The translations under genes were made by a program, and so were the position numbers. Positions 50,397-63,162 of a stretch of 64,000 bases of DNA are shown in pieces. Each line of letters starts with the position of its first letter. Position 1 is the stretch's first letter. Source of the DNA: Octopus sinensis (lineage: Eukaryota); contig NC_043006.1 of assembly GCF_006345805.1 (NCBI RefSeq), positions 94,674,001 through 94,738,000 of the forward strand, given 5' to 3'. The notes beneath the pieces were generated by a model. That model saw only the letters and a program-made list of their open reading frames with translations, had not been told where the DNA came from and ran no database searches.

Positions 50397-52420
50397 AATA
50401 TAATAATAAAATAGGGTAATAATAAATTATTATTACCAGTGGCCTAGCACAAAAACGAATTAGTCATTAGACTATATATTATTCATATAGAAATAGTTAG
50501 TTGCTGGAAATAGTCAGAAACCATGGTCTGGGATATAGTTGAGATCGTAAATGTTTTTAATTTTCATTCCTTTCGTGAATTTATCCTTTTTTGTGTTCTA
50601 GCACAACGCTTTCCTATTTGGAAGCCTCTTATTGTATTTCTCTGTCTCTCCTCTCTCTCTCTCTCTCTCTCTCTTTATATATATATATATATATATATAT
50701 ACATAAATATATATATACATAAACAGCTGTTTAACTCAGCTCCATGCAACTTACATTGTCACAGGTTCGATGAGCAAGTTTGAAAGTTAGGCAACCGAAG
50801 CAAATGCAAGATGGCTACTTGATGTTGAGCCATTATTGTTCAGCTCAGGTCATTTAGTGTTATTGGTCTTCAAGCAACATCGATTATCATCTTTGATCTC
50901 AGGCCTATGTTAACGGAGAGGTTATAGGTAGGTAGTTCTAGCCGATTTCTCTGGAAGTTGCAGTATGTTTATTTATGGACAGTAGACAGTGACGACAGCT
51001 ACCTACATACATCCCGTCCGTCCGTCCACAAGAACTTAAGTACAAAGAAAAAAATTGATGTCGCTTACCGACCAATGACACAACGTCAGCTGAAGAGCCT
51101 TTATGGAAACCTAACATATGGCAGACATCTTTAATTTACCTCATATCTTGTTACCCTGTCTCCAGATGCCTGACGCGTCAACTCCGTTTTACGAGACTAA
51201 GAAATTTTCGCATGGATTTGAGAAAACTTATTATCACCTAAAATATGTACCTCCTACCAAATGTTTTGGATGCCACTTTTGTTTGTCTTTACAATCATAG
51301 ATTTGTATATGTGTATGAGAGCGCGCATGTGTGTGTGTGTTTATATGTGTGTGTTTGTGTGTGTTTGTAAATATACGTGTTTATACTTACACATATACAT
51401 AGATGTATATACGTATGTATGAATAAGTATGTGGAAATGTCGGTATGGGTGCATTAATACGTATACACGAAATATTACAGTTACACAGGAAAAGGAGAAA
51501 GAAAATTATGTAACGTATAAAATAAATGGCAATATCAGAAGACATGCTTAGAATAATTAGAATGAAAACGAGTACAATAACAACACGAACGTACAACAAC
51601 AGCAAAACCAACAACAATAACGACAGCAAACAAGAACCGAACCAATATTGAGGATACAAATAAGAAAACGCTGATACTAATAACTACCACTATAACAAAA
51701 ACCACAACAACAACAACAATGATAATAATAAGATAATAATAAAAATAAAGTCTAGATTGATGATTATGAAGATGATGATGATAATGAGGAGGATGATGGG
51801 GATGACGATGATGATGATGATGATGATGATAATGATGATGCTGATGATGATGAAGAGGAGGATGTGGATGACGAGGACCATGATGATGATGATAATGATG
51901 ATGATGATCAACATCATCGTCGTCGTCGTCATAACGACCACGACGCCGACGAAGACAACCACAAAGACGAGAGCGACGACGACGCGGTCGGCGTCAACTC
52001 TAATAATGGTTCTGTGCCAAAATAGTTTGGGGAAGGATTTGGAATGGAGAACCAACACAAATCAATGTTTCTTGTTAGCTTTCTCGTTGCCAAAAAAGAA
52101 CAACAGAGGAAAGCAGACGAGAATACAGGGAGAGTAGGACGAGAATGAGAGGCAGAGAGAGAAAGTGCGTGTGTGTGTGTGTGTGTGTGTGTGTTTGTGT
52201 AAAAATATATGGGAATACGTAATAATATATATGATATGCACAAAAGAGATATAAATACGTCCAATAATAAATATAATAAAAAGAAAAAGCATTCAGAGAA
52301 AGAATGATAGATCGAAGTAGAAATAATAAAGAAACACCCAGCAATATACGAACATCTCCCTACACAAACACAAATACACGCACAAACACATGTATATAGA
52401 TGTATATATATACGTACACA

Positions 52421-52459
<39 letters not shown>

Positions 52460-52550
52460 ACGCATATATATTTGTGTGCGTGTGTGTATATGTGTGTCTG
52501 TCTGTTTGTGACTATTATATCTATCTATGTATCTATCTATCTATCTATCT

Positions 52551-52583
<33 letters not shown>

Positions 52584-52601
52584 TATTTTTATATGTGTGT
52601 G

Positions 52602-52636
<35 letters not shown>

Positions 52637-52671
52637 TCATATATATGTGTGCATGTATGTATGCATGTATG

Positions 52672-52739
<68 letters not shown>

Positions 52740-53281
52740 AAAGTTATGTGAAAGGCGTGCATGGACTGCAAACCGAAAATAACGTCAGTAAAGAGAAAAT
52801 ACTTAAACAAGTATGAAGTCCACAAGTACAACAAGACGAACTTTTGGAAATATCACAAAAATAGAGAAATGAATGAAAATAAAAAAAAAACATGATGAAA
52901 AATAAATAAATATTACATAAAAATATACCAAGTCTTCACAATCTGAACAAAATCAACAACGAAAATATAAACATTAACACCACTGCCACCACCACCACCA
53001 CCACCACCAAGAACAATAATGACAACAGCAACAACAACTGCAGCAGCAGTACAAATGAAAGAACATAAATATAGGATGGAAGGGACACACAGCAGATAAA
53101 ATTAAATGTGACTTGTATCATATTATTTGATATCATTACTGTATGTTACAGGCAAATCAAGCTAAGAGTAAATATGATATCACACAGCACTTTCAGCATT
53201 GGCAAGGCTTGTTAACTCTGCACGCTATTCATGGACAAATGGCTATATATATGTATGTATGTATGTATAGATATATATATG

Positions 53282-53329
<48 letters not shown>

Positions 53330-53407
53330 TATGTATATATATATATATTATATATATATATATATAATATATATATATATATATCTATATATATATATAT
53401 ATACATA

Positions 53408-53457
<50 letters not shown>

Positions 53458-53467
53458 TATATACATA

Positions 53468-53505
<38 letters not shown>

Positions 53506-53511
<6 letters not shown>

Positions 53512-54196
53512 ATGCAGACGGCTAGCTGGATGGATTCTCCAAACTTTCAGAACAAGAGAGAAGGAGACACTGATGGTCCTATGGAAAACATTCGTCCTCA
53601 GCCGCTTGGACTACTGCTCCCAACTGTGGTCACCACACAATATAAAACTAACAGCAGAACTCGAAGCAATTCAGAGAAGCTACACAAAGAAAATCGTCTC
53701 GATGCAAAATATCAGCTACTGGGAAAGACTGAAGGTATTAAACCTCTTCTCCCTAGAGCGGAGGCGGGAGAGATATGCGGTGATATACATCTGGAAAATC
53801 CAGGAGGGTCTTGTCCCAAACTTTGGCATTCAAAGTTACCCCAACCGCAGAACGGGGCGCCACTGCATGGTGCCAAGGACTCAAAATACAGGTCCAGATA
53901 CTGCAACAGCTTGGGTTTCAGAGGACCACAGCTCCTTAACATCCTCCCTAAATGCCTGAGAGACTTACATGGTGTGGATGTGGGTTTCTTTAAAACTAAA
54001 CTGGATCACTTCTTGTTGGGAGTCCCAGATGAACCTACCTCACGACAGGAGACGCGGATGCGGGCAGCAGCATCGAACTCCCTTGTTGATCAAGTGCCAC
54101 GTATCAGAGGTGGATTCACAAACTAGTGTAGCTCATTCAACGGTGGTGCCCCATCATGGCCGCGGCCTTCGGGCTAAAACATGTTTAAGGATTTAA

Positions 54197-54200
<4 letters not shown>
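53506..54200 (+). mobile_element. 5'-truncated CR1-clade LINE (ORF2 C-terminus, 3' UTR, short tandem tail)
   Basis: [65 protein letters not shown], then a frameshift, then [27 protein letters not shown] stem-loop and (tttaagga)2 tail. Confidence 0.93.
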
Positions 54201-54241
<41 letters not shown>

Positions 54242-54276
54242 TATGTATATATATATATATATACATATATATACAT

Positions 54277-54315
<39 letters not shown>

Positions 54316-54779
54316 CACATATATATATACATGTACATATACACATATATATATATACATATGTATACATATATATACATATATATACATACATATAAAT
54401 ATGTATGTGTATGTGTATACATATAGCCACATGTCTATGAACAGCGTGCAGAGTTAACTTGCATTGCCATATGTATATATATATACAGAGACAGATAGAT
54501 AGATATGTGTGTAAACGCATGAATGTATATACATATCATACGTACATATATATATGATTAAAAAATAAGTATAAAATATGAAAACATGTAGATGCGTTAA
54601 AAAAAAGCAAAGAAACAGCGTGGATGAGGTTGAGGTTTAGGAAAACTGGAAGAAGTGTTTAACGTTTCGAAGTCTCTTGTACGGAAAGGACAGATGAAGA
54701 GGGAGAAACAAAAATTGAGGGAAGGGAAGAAACTTGTCTGAATTAGATGATCGTTGCATTTGTATTGTATGTCATTTGT

Positions 54780-55150
54780 TCGTTTCAGCAATATTGTCCT
54801 ATGTTTTTCTTAAGCTTGGTGTTTATTCTGTCGGCGTCTCTTGCCGAACCGCTATATAACAGAGACACACCAGCAGCGGTTCTCAAGCGTTGTTGAGGGA
54901 CAAACTCAGCCACAAAGACAAACTGAGAAACAAACACACACACACTCACAGACAGAAAGGCACTCACACACACACAAACGCACACACGCATACACAGACA
55001 CAGACACGCATATACACATATATACGACGGGCTTCTTTCTGTTAACGCCTGCCACATCTACAATAGGAGACCCAAGGTGCAATGCAGTGTAAATGAACCA
55101 GGGACCATATGTTTGGGAAGCAAACTTGCTACCACACAGGCACGCCTGTA
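54780..55150 (-). mobile_element. Degraded tRNA-derived SINE (family of 32807)
   Basis: Reverse complement of the head (gtgtggtagcaagtttgcttccc..ggttca) and of the gaaagaagcccgtcgtata segment. Confidence 0.75.
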
Positions 55151-57044
55151 CTTTATATGTGTGTGTGCGTGTGTATATGTGTATGTATGTATGCGTTCGT
55201 TTCTTGTTTATAATTTTATATGGATGGTACATAGACTTCTCGTGGGATGGAGCTATGATCTTGGTCTGGTGATGTAGCGTTGTAATATAGCAGCTAGTTT
55301 CTGCAGTTGTGAGATGATTTGTTGTGGTGGTTTTGCCTGATGGTGCGGTGTCGAGGCATGCTGGGACTATTTGGTGATGAGATGCTGCTGCCTCGTAAAC
55401 GTTGTTTGAATATAGATAAGATGTTACTATTAATTTCTTTCATCAGCACAGAATAATTGTTCTGCTAGAAGTGGCGCTGCCAAATTACCGCTCGATTATA
55501 TATAGTTTTCAAAATGACAACTAGTCACTGAATTATAAATGGTGATGAGAAATAACCCAGAAATCGCGATACACAGATACTGTTTTGAGGTGAGTGGGGG
55601 TGCTAGATTCCCTTGTTTGAAAGTACAAGGACACAGATCGTGTGGTATAGCCAGCTGCAGACGATTTCTCCTGGGGTTAAATTACAGCAACATTCGTCCT
55701 AAACCAGGACTGCCATGTTATATTGGCAAACAATCTTTACTACAAGGTACTGTTGCTGAATGTCTCACGTTGTGAGATTTAAAAATAATAATTTTATAAA
55801 GTTAATCGTACTTCTCTATCTTGTAAAGTCTAGGAACGTAAGGAAAGTAATAGTAGATTTAGCCTTACATGTGATATAGTACGGAGAGCGCAGCCATATG
55901 GATGCGAACTATTTTCTATGGAAATGTATGAAATTCTTCAGTATAGAGATAAGAATAACCTTATTAACTATAGATTAGACCATAGGGTATCCTGTGTACA
56001 TAGCATCAGCCGTACATTTACATATTTTGGAAACAAATACTATATTCATCATACTATCATTTGGTAGTAGAAATAATCTGGAGTGTCATATCTTTCATAA
56101 CATTCTATCTATTATATGGAATTATACGTAATATCGGCCTCTTATAACCCCTACCAATTTAGTCTGCATTCATCCTATAAGTGGATTGCACTGTTTTTTT
56201 ACTTCAGTTCTATGAATTTCTATCAGTCATAATAGGTATATTTACAACGAATTACTAGATCTTAAGCCTCCTTTTAATATGTCCTGTACCTTCTAGGAAC
56301 TATATGATTCTACACACATCAGTGCCTGTAATATTACATCTCACAAATATGTTATAAAACCACATCCAATGGTATCCTTATCGGTATTTATTTTTTAAAC
56401 TGCTTTTCCTAAGAAAACCTCGACTTATCCTTATTGTTTACTAGATGATGCATCCGGTAATTTCCAGAAAAGCGAGACTTATCCCTTGGTTCCGTTCTCT
56501 TAATTGTTTCGCCAATCCAGTGACAACAATACAAAGTATGTAGCCCTTAAAACGGTTTTCGTGCATTTACAGAGAATACCGAACTGTTTTACATCGGATC
56601 TTGTTTTTAGGAATTCCCAATAAGTTATGAATACACAAACTGTGAAAACAGTTACGTAATAACATGAAATTAGTTACCTGATAGAAAGAATTCAAGTAAA
56701 GTAGCCCTGAAACGGGCTTTAATGCGTTCCCAGAGTATATATAACTTAGGAGGAAATACCAATATGGTATGTATTCTAAAGTCGTGAAGAATGTTACGTC
56801 ATAACAGGCTAATCGGATATGAGATAATAACAACTCAAATAACTCTGAAAGGGGCTTTTGTGCGTTTACAGAAAAATTTGCCCTCAGGGGCACTAGTGCT
56901 GAAATTGATTTACAATGAATGTAAAAATAGAGTGACATTTAATTTTACTGTAGACATACAAATAAATTTGCATATAGATTTTAAAATGAAATAAATTTAC
57001 AACACTTACGAAAACACCAACACAGCTATCAATAGGAATTACGG

Positions 57045-57993
57045 AAATGTTCCTTCATGTAAACAGCGTGTGAACTGTATGAGGACAGTGCAGATTGCAA
57101 TGTCATTGATAGATAAATGGCGATTTCTGCCTGTTTATGTGGCTGGTTGTTACATAGAGTACACCGTTACAAAACATTAACACATCTATCAATATAAATT
57201 AAGAAGGTATTCCTACATGTAAACAGGGTGTGACATTTGTGATGACAGTGCATTTGTCTAAAAGCAGAACAGTTCTTCATGTAGCACCCGTCAATTGACT
57301 GAAGTGTCATGAAAGGCATCATCATTCATGGTATATTAGTGAATAAGTCACAAACCGAAATAAGTGGAACGCTTTTGCCGCAGATTTCATGCGTGCACAG
57401 GTCAAAAAATCAGATTTGATCTTTTTTAAGAAAGTGATCCTACATGCAAACACCGTGGGACCTTTATGACAATGCAGATTACCAGTAGGTGGGAAAGAAA
57501 ACTAAGGGATCTTAAATAGGTTATTTCTTCTTAGCCGTTAAAGAAAAGTAAAGCATACATCTTAAAAAAACATCAATATAGCCACCAATATGAAATAAGA
57601 AAATGTTCCTACATGTAAACAGTGTGTGAACTGTGTGAGGAGAGTGCAGATGGCAATGCTATGGATAGATAAATGGCGATTTCTGCCTGTTTATGTGGTT
57701 GGTTGCTACATAGAGTACAGTGACCTTTGTGATGACAGTGCATTTGTCTAATCGACTTAATCCGTTTGTCTGTCCTTGTTTGTCTTCTCTTTGTGGGTAA
57801 TGAAGAAACATATATTCGGTATAAGTCACTAACCGAAATAAGTGAATCTATTGTTTTGGAAAATACTATTTATTGAAGATCTGATTTCGATTCTAGTGCT
57901 AGCTTGAAAATGTATTCCATGCGTTTTGTTACAGCCGTGTAGACGGCAACTTGACATAAACAGACTGACAAACAGACAACTTGTTTTTATATA
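57045..57993. repeat. Degenerate internal duplication/tandem motif block with a Helentron/HINE-like terminal segment
   Basis: 57045-57163 matches 57601-57719. The motif tcctacatgtaaacag..gtga recurs at ~57049, 57210, 57437 and 57605. The block ends acagactgacaaacagacaacttgtttttatatatgtataagat. Confidence 0.5.
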
Positions 57994-59480
57994 TGTATAA
58001 GATAAGGTAAGATTATATATTATTATTTTTTTAATCTTTTAACTCTTTTTATATCCAGTAAGTATTTAATAGATTTCACAATGTCTACTTTTTCATTTTA
58101 TAAATTCTTTATTGAAATTTTATATAAATATTTCTTCCTTTTATTCTTTTTTACTTTATTTATTATTTATACTTATTTTTATTTATTATTTTATATTATG
58201 TTATATTAATTATATTTTGTATTTTGTATACCTATTTACCTCGTATATACTGGTATAACTTCTGTGAATTGTGAAGGGTTGTAACTTCTCTCTATAATTA
58301 ATCATGGTATAATATAATACAATATGGCATTTACATTCATTAATTTGTATTTACTTTTTATAATTATAATATATATATATATATATTTATATATACATAT
58401 ATATGTGATTTTTTTGTATATATATATGTGGTATTTTTATACCTTCTTATATCCTTTAAGATGTTTTCATAACGTTGAAAAATTTTTATATAATCATGTT
58501 TATCCAAGGTTTTTAAATAAAGTTATCTGTTATAGAATTTATCATCGTATTTTTGGCCATTAATCTTTGGATTTCAGTCAACAGAAAATGTGCACCCCTT
58601 CTCGGATAAAATCTTAATTTAATTATATAGGTTCATTGTTGAATAGTTTTATCAGGACCACCTTAACAATATGTTAGGATGAAGCATTGAGGTTTCTATT
58701 TCATATAAAAGTACCCCACTTTTTAAGGCTTAGACTGGTTTATCTATCCTCTTTCTCCTACTTGGTCCTTAAATCCCTTTCTAAATTTTATTATTTAATA
58801 TACAAATATAATAATATATGAATTTCGCTGAATTTAGATATACAATTTTTCTCTGTACTCTTAATGACCCCTTAGATCTCATTGTAACCCCCTTTTTTTT
58901 TCTATTTTAGGCCCCTTTTAATAGATAATCCTAATATAGTTTGTCACCCCTGCCTTTCCGCCTTCGGAATATATACCATTATCTTGCTGGCATCTTCTGA
59001 GGCATGTTCTTTTATGAAGTCATGGCGAATTTATAGTCACAGTAAAACGGGAGCGGGGAAAAGTATCTGACATTAATTAATTTATTACCAGCAGCAAGAA
59101 CTTAACTGTCAGTTCCTAATGGTTTTTAATTCTAAGATGTTGAATACTAGTTGAATTGGATCTTTTGACTGTGACAAGGAGAAAGATAAATGTAGCTACA
59201 TTACGATTTCTTGGCCCCCATTGTTATTCTCTTCTGACACTCTAAATTATAGTTGGGGGCATTTTCTCCTTAAGTGCATTCTGCTATAATATTAGCAATA
59301 ACCGCGTATTTCTTTTTTTCTCTAGTTGTGACGAGGAATATGCTAAAAAAATTCTAATGGAGTATCGTGTATGTTGAAACCCTATATGATTTTATGCCTT
59401 TGAGGAAAGCGGGGTGTTTCAAACTGATATAATGTTTGCATTGAACGATGAAATGTAGCCGCTTGAAACGGGCGTAATGC

Positions 59481-59525
<45 letters not shown>

Positions 59526-59574
59526 TATTGACATATATGTATACATATATATATCATATTATATATTGCACACA

Positions 59575-59735
59575 CACACAACAGTTTCCATCTACCAAAT
59601 CCACTCATTAGACTTTGATCGGCCCAAGAGTATAGCAGATGACACTTGGACTCTTGCTCAATTTACAACGCAGTGGGACTGAAACCGGAACCATGTGGTT
59701 GGGGAGTAAACTTCTTACCTCACAATCACGCTTGA
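59575..59735 (-). mobile_element. Degraded tRNA-derived SINE 5' half
   Basis: Reverse complement of ...aagaagtttactccccaaccacatggttccggtttcagtcccactgcg..gagtggatttggtagatggaaactg. Confidence 0.75.
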
Positions 59736-59829
59736 TGTTTAAGGAAACATACGGATATTGGCATCGGAAGGTCTGAAAATCGAGGGGAAGTGCAAGGGCG
59801 TTATACGATGTTTGGCGTACCTCGAACGC

Positions 59830-59896
59830 CAGTCCTCGAACGCTCAATGCATTGTCTTATTAGAAGAAGACAATGCATATGAGCGTTCGAGGACTG
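59830..59896. other. 67-nt near-perfect hairpin
   Basis: cagtcctcgaacgctcaatgcattgtctt / aagacaatgcatatgagcgttcgaggactg form a 29-bp stem with one bulge and an 8-nt loop. Confidence 0.9.
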
Positions 59897-61344
59897 TGAC
59901 CATTAAAATCTCTGTTGATGGGAAAATATACGGCTGTTCTTGTTGCTAATATTTAAAAGAAAATAGATACAATGTCGGAAATTTTGAGAGGTGGGGCAAA
60001 ACAATCACATCGACTCTAGTGTCTAATTGGGACTTATGGGTTTGTGTTTATGAAGCTCGCTTTTGAAAAATGTGGTTTCCAGTTCAGTTCCACTTCGAGA
60101 GGCGCCTAGGCCATGTATCTTCTGCTAGAAATCCAGGCTGACCAATGCATTATGAATGAATATGGTAGACGGAAACTATGTTGAAACCCGCATTATATGT
60201 ACATATACATAAATGTGTATGCCTGCATATTTATGCATGTATGTGTGTGAGTGTATTGGTGCGTATGTTTGTGTCTTTGTCTCTGTGTCTTCTGCTCCAC
60301 CATTGGTGTAGACTTTTTTATGTTCCGGTAATTTAGCGAAAAGTTTATAAAGCAAGACATTAATTACCAGAGTTAAAAATTAAGACTGGGGTTAATTAGT
60401 CCGATTCAAAATCAGCATGGCTGCAGTCCATTCAGAAACGAGTAAATGACCAAAGAAAAGATACACAACATTCCGCTACGAATTTTTATCTAGATTCACT
60501 CAAATTTCTGACAAAAAAAAACAAAAAAACACGGAAATGACTGCCACTTCTGATGTACTTTAGTTCAATCAATAAAGAAATAAACTCATTAAAGTAGAGC
60601 AAATTGTTTAAAGAAAGAAACAAAAGAAAATGGTTGTAATAACAGGATATTCTACATCAACTCGATACAGCTTATGTACAAGCCTTTTAATGGTTACATT
60701 CTGTGGTGTGGTGTTGTGATGACTTGCTCTGGTGTGGTTTTGTTGTATAGAGTGGGGAATTTTTTGTGGTAATTTGGTGTAGCGGTGTGGGTTGATGTGG
60801 TGGTAGTTTGATGTTTCGTGTGGGGGAAATATGAAATGAAGGTGATGGCATTCACAAATGAAGAGGTAACATGATCAGGTCGTGACACTGTGTTGAAAAA
60901 ATTACTTGGAACATGATTAAAACGGAGACAGATGTAGAGTCATTAAAAATATATGCCATGAGAAATAACCTGAGGGCACAAAGAATTTCTATTTGTATGA
61001 AGAACTGGAATCTTCTGATTTCAAGAAAATCGATGTTAATGAGGAATGTATGGGTGGACGCGACAATTAATATAACAAGTTATGCGATTTTTGTACGGTG
61101 AAAATATGCAAAAAGCATTCAACTTTTATCAATTTTTATGATGAATAAAAAATAAAATTGAAACTTGGTCATTATTTTAAAATATGCTATAAATAGACGA
61201 ATGTAGAATATTAATAAAGAAATCATGTAGAACATCGTCCAACATTTTATGACATAAAATTTTGGATATGATTATCAGATCCGAATATTTGCTATTTAAA
61301 TAAAATTCTGTTATTTTCATAATAATGAATAATATTATATGGAC

Positions 61345-61530
61345 TTCAAGATGGCGAACCGGTTAGAATGGTTAACTCGCTAGACAAAATGCTCAGTGAG
61401 ATTCCACCGAGATCAACTTTGCTTTTCGTCATTTCAGAGTTGATAAAATAAGTAGCAGTTGATCACTAGAGTTCATGTAATCGATTTATCCACTCCCCTG
61501 AAATTACAGGCTTTATCCCAAAATTTAAAA
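61345..61530 (+). mobile_element. Degraded tRNA-derived SINE
   Basis: atggcgaaccggttagaatggtta..gacaaaatgct..gatcaactttgc..gataaaataagtagcagttgatcact. Confidence 0.6.
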
Positions 61531-62087
61531 CCGATTACTAGCTTTAATAACAGTGATGCGTGATTTCAGTAGGTTTTCGAACGTAACAGATTAAAAAGAT
61601 TCTAAAGCATTCATGATATGGCCATTGAAATGGATGGCACAATTTCCGAGAAAAAACAATTCGCTTTCAATAACTAATATACTCTACAGGGTGATCTGAA
61701 TTCTTTCATTTGATCTCGTTGGGAAAAGAAAATATTTGAATACATCTACACGGTTTGTCCCAAATAATAGCATCTGTTCAAGTTGCAATATTGTGGAATC
61801 GAACAAAGACCTCGTGTTTACGAAGCGCTCTACTTAAATATTCAGCCTTCTTGCACTTCCTGCGCATACATGCACTTACATATATACATACATACACACA
61901 CATATATGTATGTATATATGTATATATATACATACAAACTGTGTATATATATATATATATATATATACGTATGTATATATATCTCCAAATATGATAATGA
62001 ACGTAGTTTATATATATATATATATATATATACATACATGCATATATATATACATTATATATATACACACATATATATGCATATAAT

Positions 62088-62776
62088 GGTACAGGACGTC
62101 ACCAACAGCAAACAACATGAAATACAAAAATAAATTAGTTAAATACTCAAAATTGAAAACGGGACATGTACAACATAGAACAACCCTTCATCAGTTTTCG
62201 GCTATCTACTCCTCATTTCGAGCATTGAACGACAATATGAGTCTTCGAATACAGTTGCTCCCATAAATAACAAAATAATTTATGGAGGGTCAAAGTGGGA
62301 ACAAAAACTGGGTAGTGGACAAATACAAGGAAACCGAACGAAAACAAACATGGTGGCTCCTTTGACCAGAACCAGAGTAAAATTGCTAGAGAAATATTTT
62401 CTTTGAAAAGAGAAAAGATAGAAGAGAGTGATAGAAGTCCAATCATTAGGACGTCCTGAGGAAAAGAAAGATAGTCACGTGAGGAAAAGGAAGATGGACG
62501 ATGATCACGTATGAGCAACAAGAGAGAGAGAGAGAGAGAGAGAAAGAGTGAGAATAAGATGGGGAGAGAGAGAAACAGATAGAAAACGGTGAAGGGGAGA
62601 AAATGGAATTAGAGAAGGATGGGGAAAAAACAGTATAAAGTAGAGTCACATCAAAAAGGCTAAGATAAACTTACTTGGAAATGGATGCGTGGCGTTCAGA
62701 CAAATAATAATATAAATAATAAATGTAGTTATGTTTTCGTATTTCATGTTGTTTGTTGTTGGTGACGTCCTGTACC
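62088..62776. mobile_element. ~690-bp element bounded by 38-bp inverted repeats (MITE-like or inverted pLTR)
   Basis: ggtacaggacgtcaccaacagcaaacaacatgaaatac (62088-62125) pairs with 62739-62776 with one mismatch. Flanks are TA-rich. Confidence 0.6.
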
Positions 62777-62809
62777 CATATATACATACATACATACATA
62801 CACCCCCCC

Positions 62810-62865
<56 letters not shown>

Positions 62866-62934
62866 CGTATATATATATTCATGTGTGTGTGTGTAGGTAT
62901 ATATATATGTATATATATACACATGCATATATAC

Positions 62935-63150
62935 TCTTTACTTGTTTCAGTCATGTAACTGTGGCCATGCTGGAGCACCGCCTGTAGTCGAGCAAATCAA
63001 CCCCAGGACTTATTGTAAGCTCAATATTTATTCTATCATTCTCTTTAGGCGAACCGCTAAGTCACGAGGACGTAAACGCACTAGCCTTGTTTGTCAAGCG
63101 ATGTTGAGGGGGGGGGACAAACACAGACATACAAACATACACACACATAC
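62935..63150 (-). mobile_element. tRNA-derived SINE 3' half (family of 32807)
   Basis: Reverse complement of aggcggtgctccagcatggccacagttacatgactgaaacaagt and of the upstream ttacgtcctcgtgacttagcggttcg segment. Confidence 0.85.
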
Positions 63151-63162
63151 ATATATATATAT

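Noticed and set aside
53413-54126. 237-aa ORF as a host gene
   Set aside because: It is a chimera of (TA)n translation, an off-frame CR1 segment and the true CR1 ORF2 C-terminus after a frameshift.
55539-55775. ORF MVMRNNPEIAIHRYCFE with a GAG|GTGAGT donor at 55589/55590
   Set aside because: It is a single isolated splice-like signal with no recognisable protein and no partner exon.
57045-57750. Regularly recurring motifs as a CRISPR-like array
   Set aside because: The context is eukaryotic, the spacing is irregular, the repeats are degenerate and the spacers are themselves duplicated. No cas genes are present.
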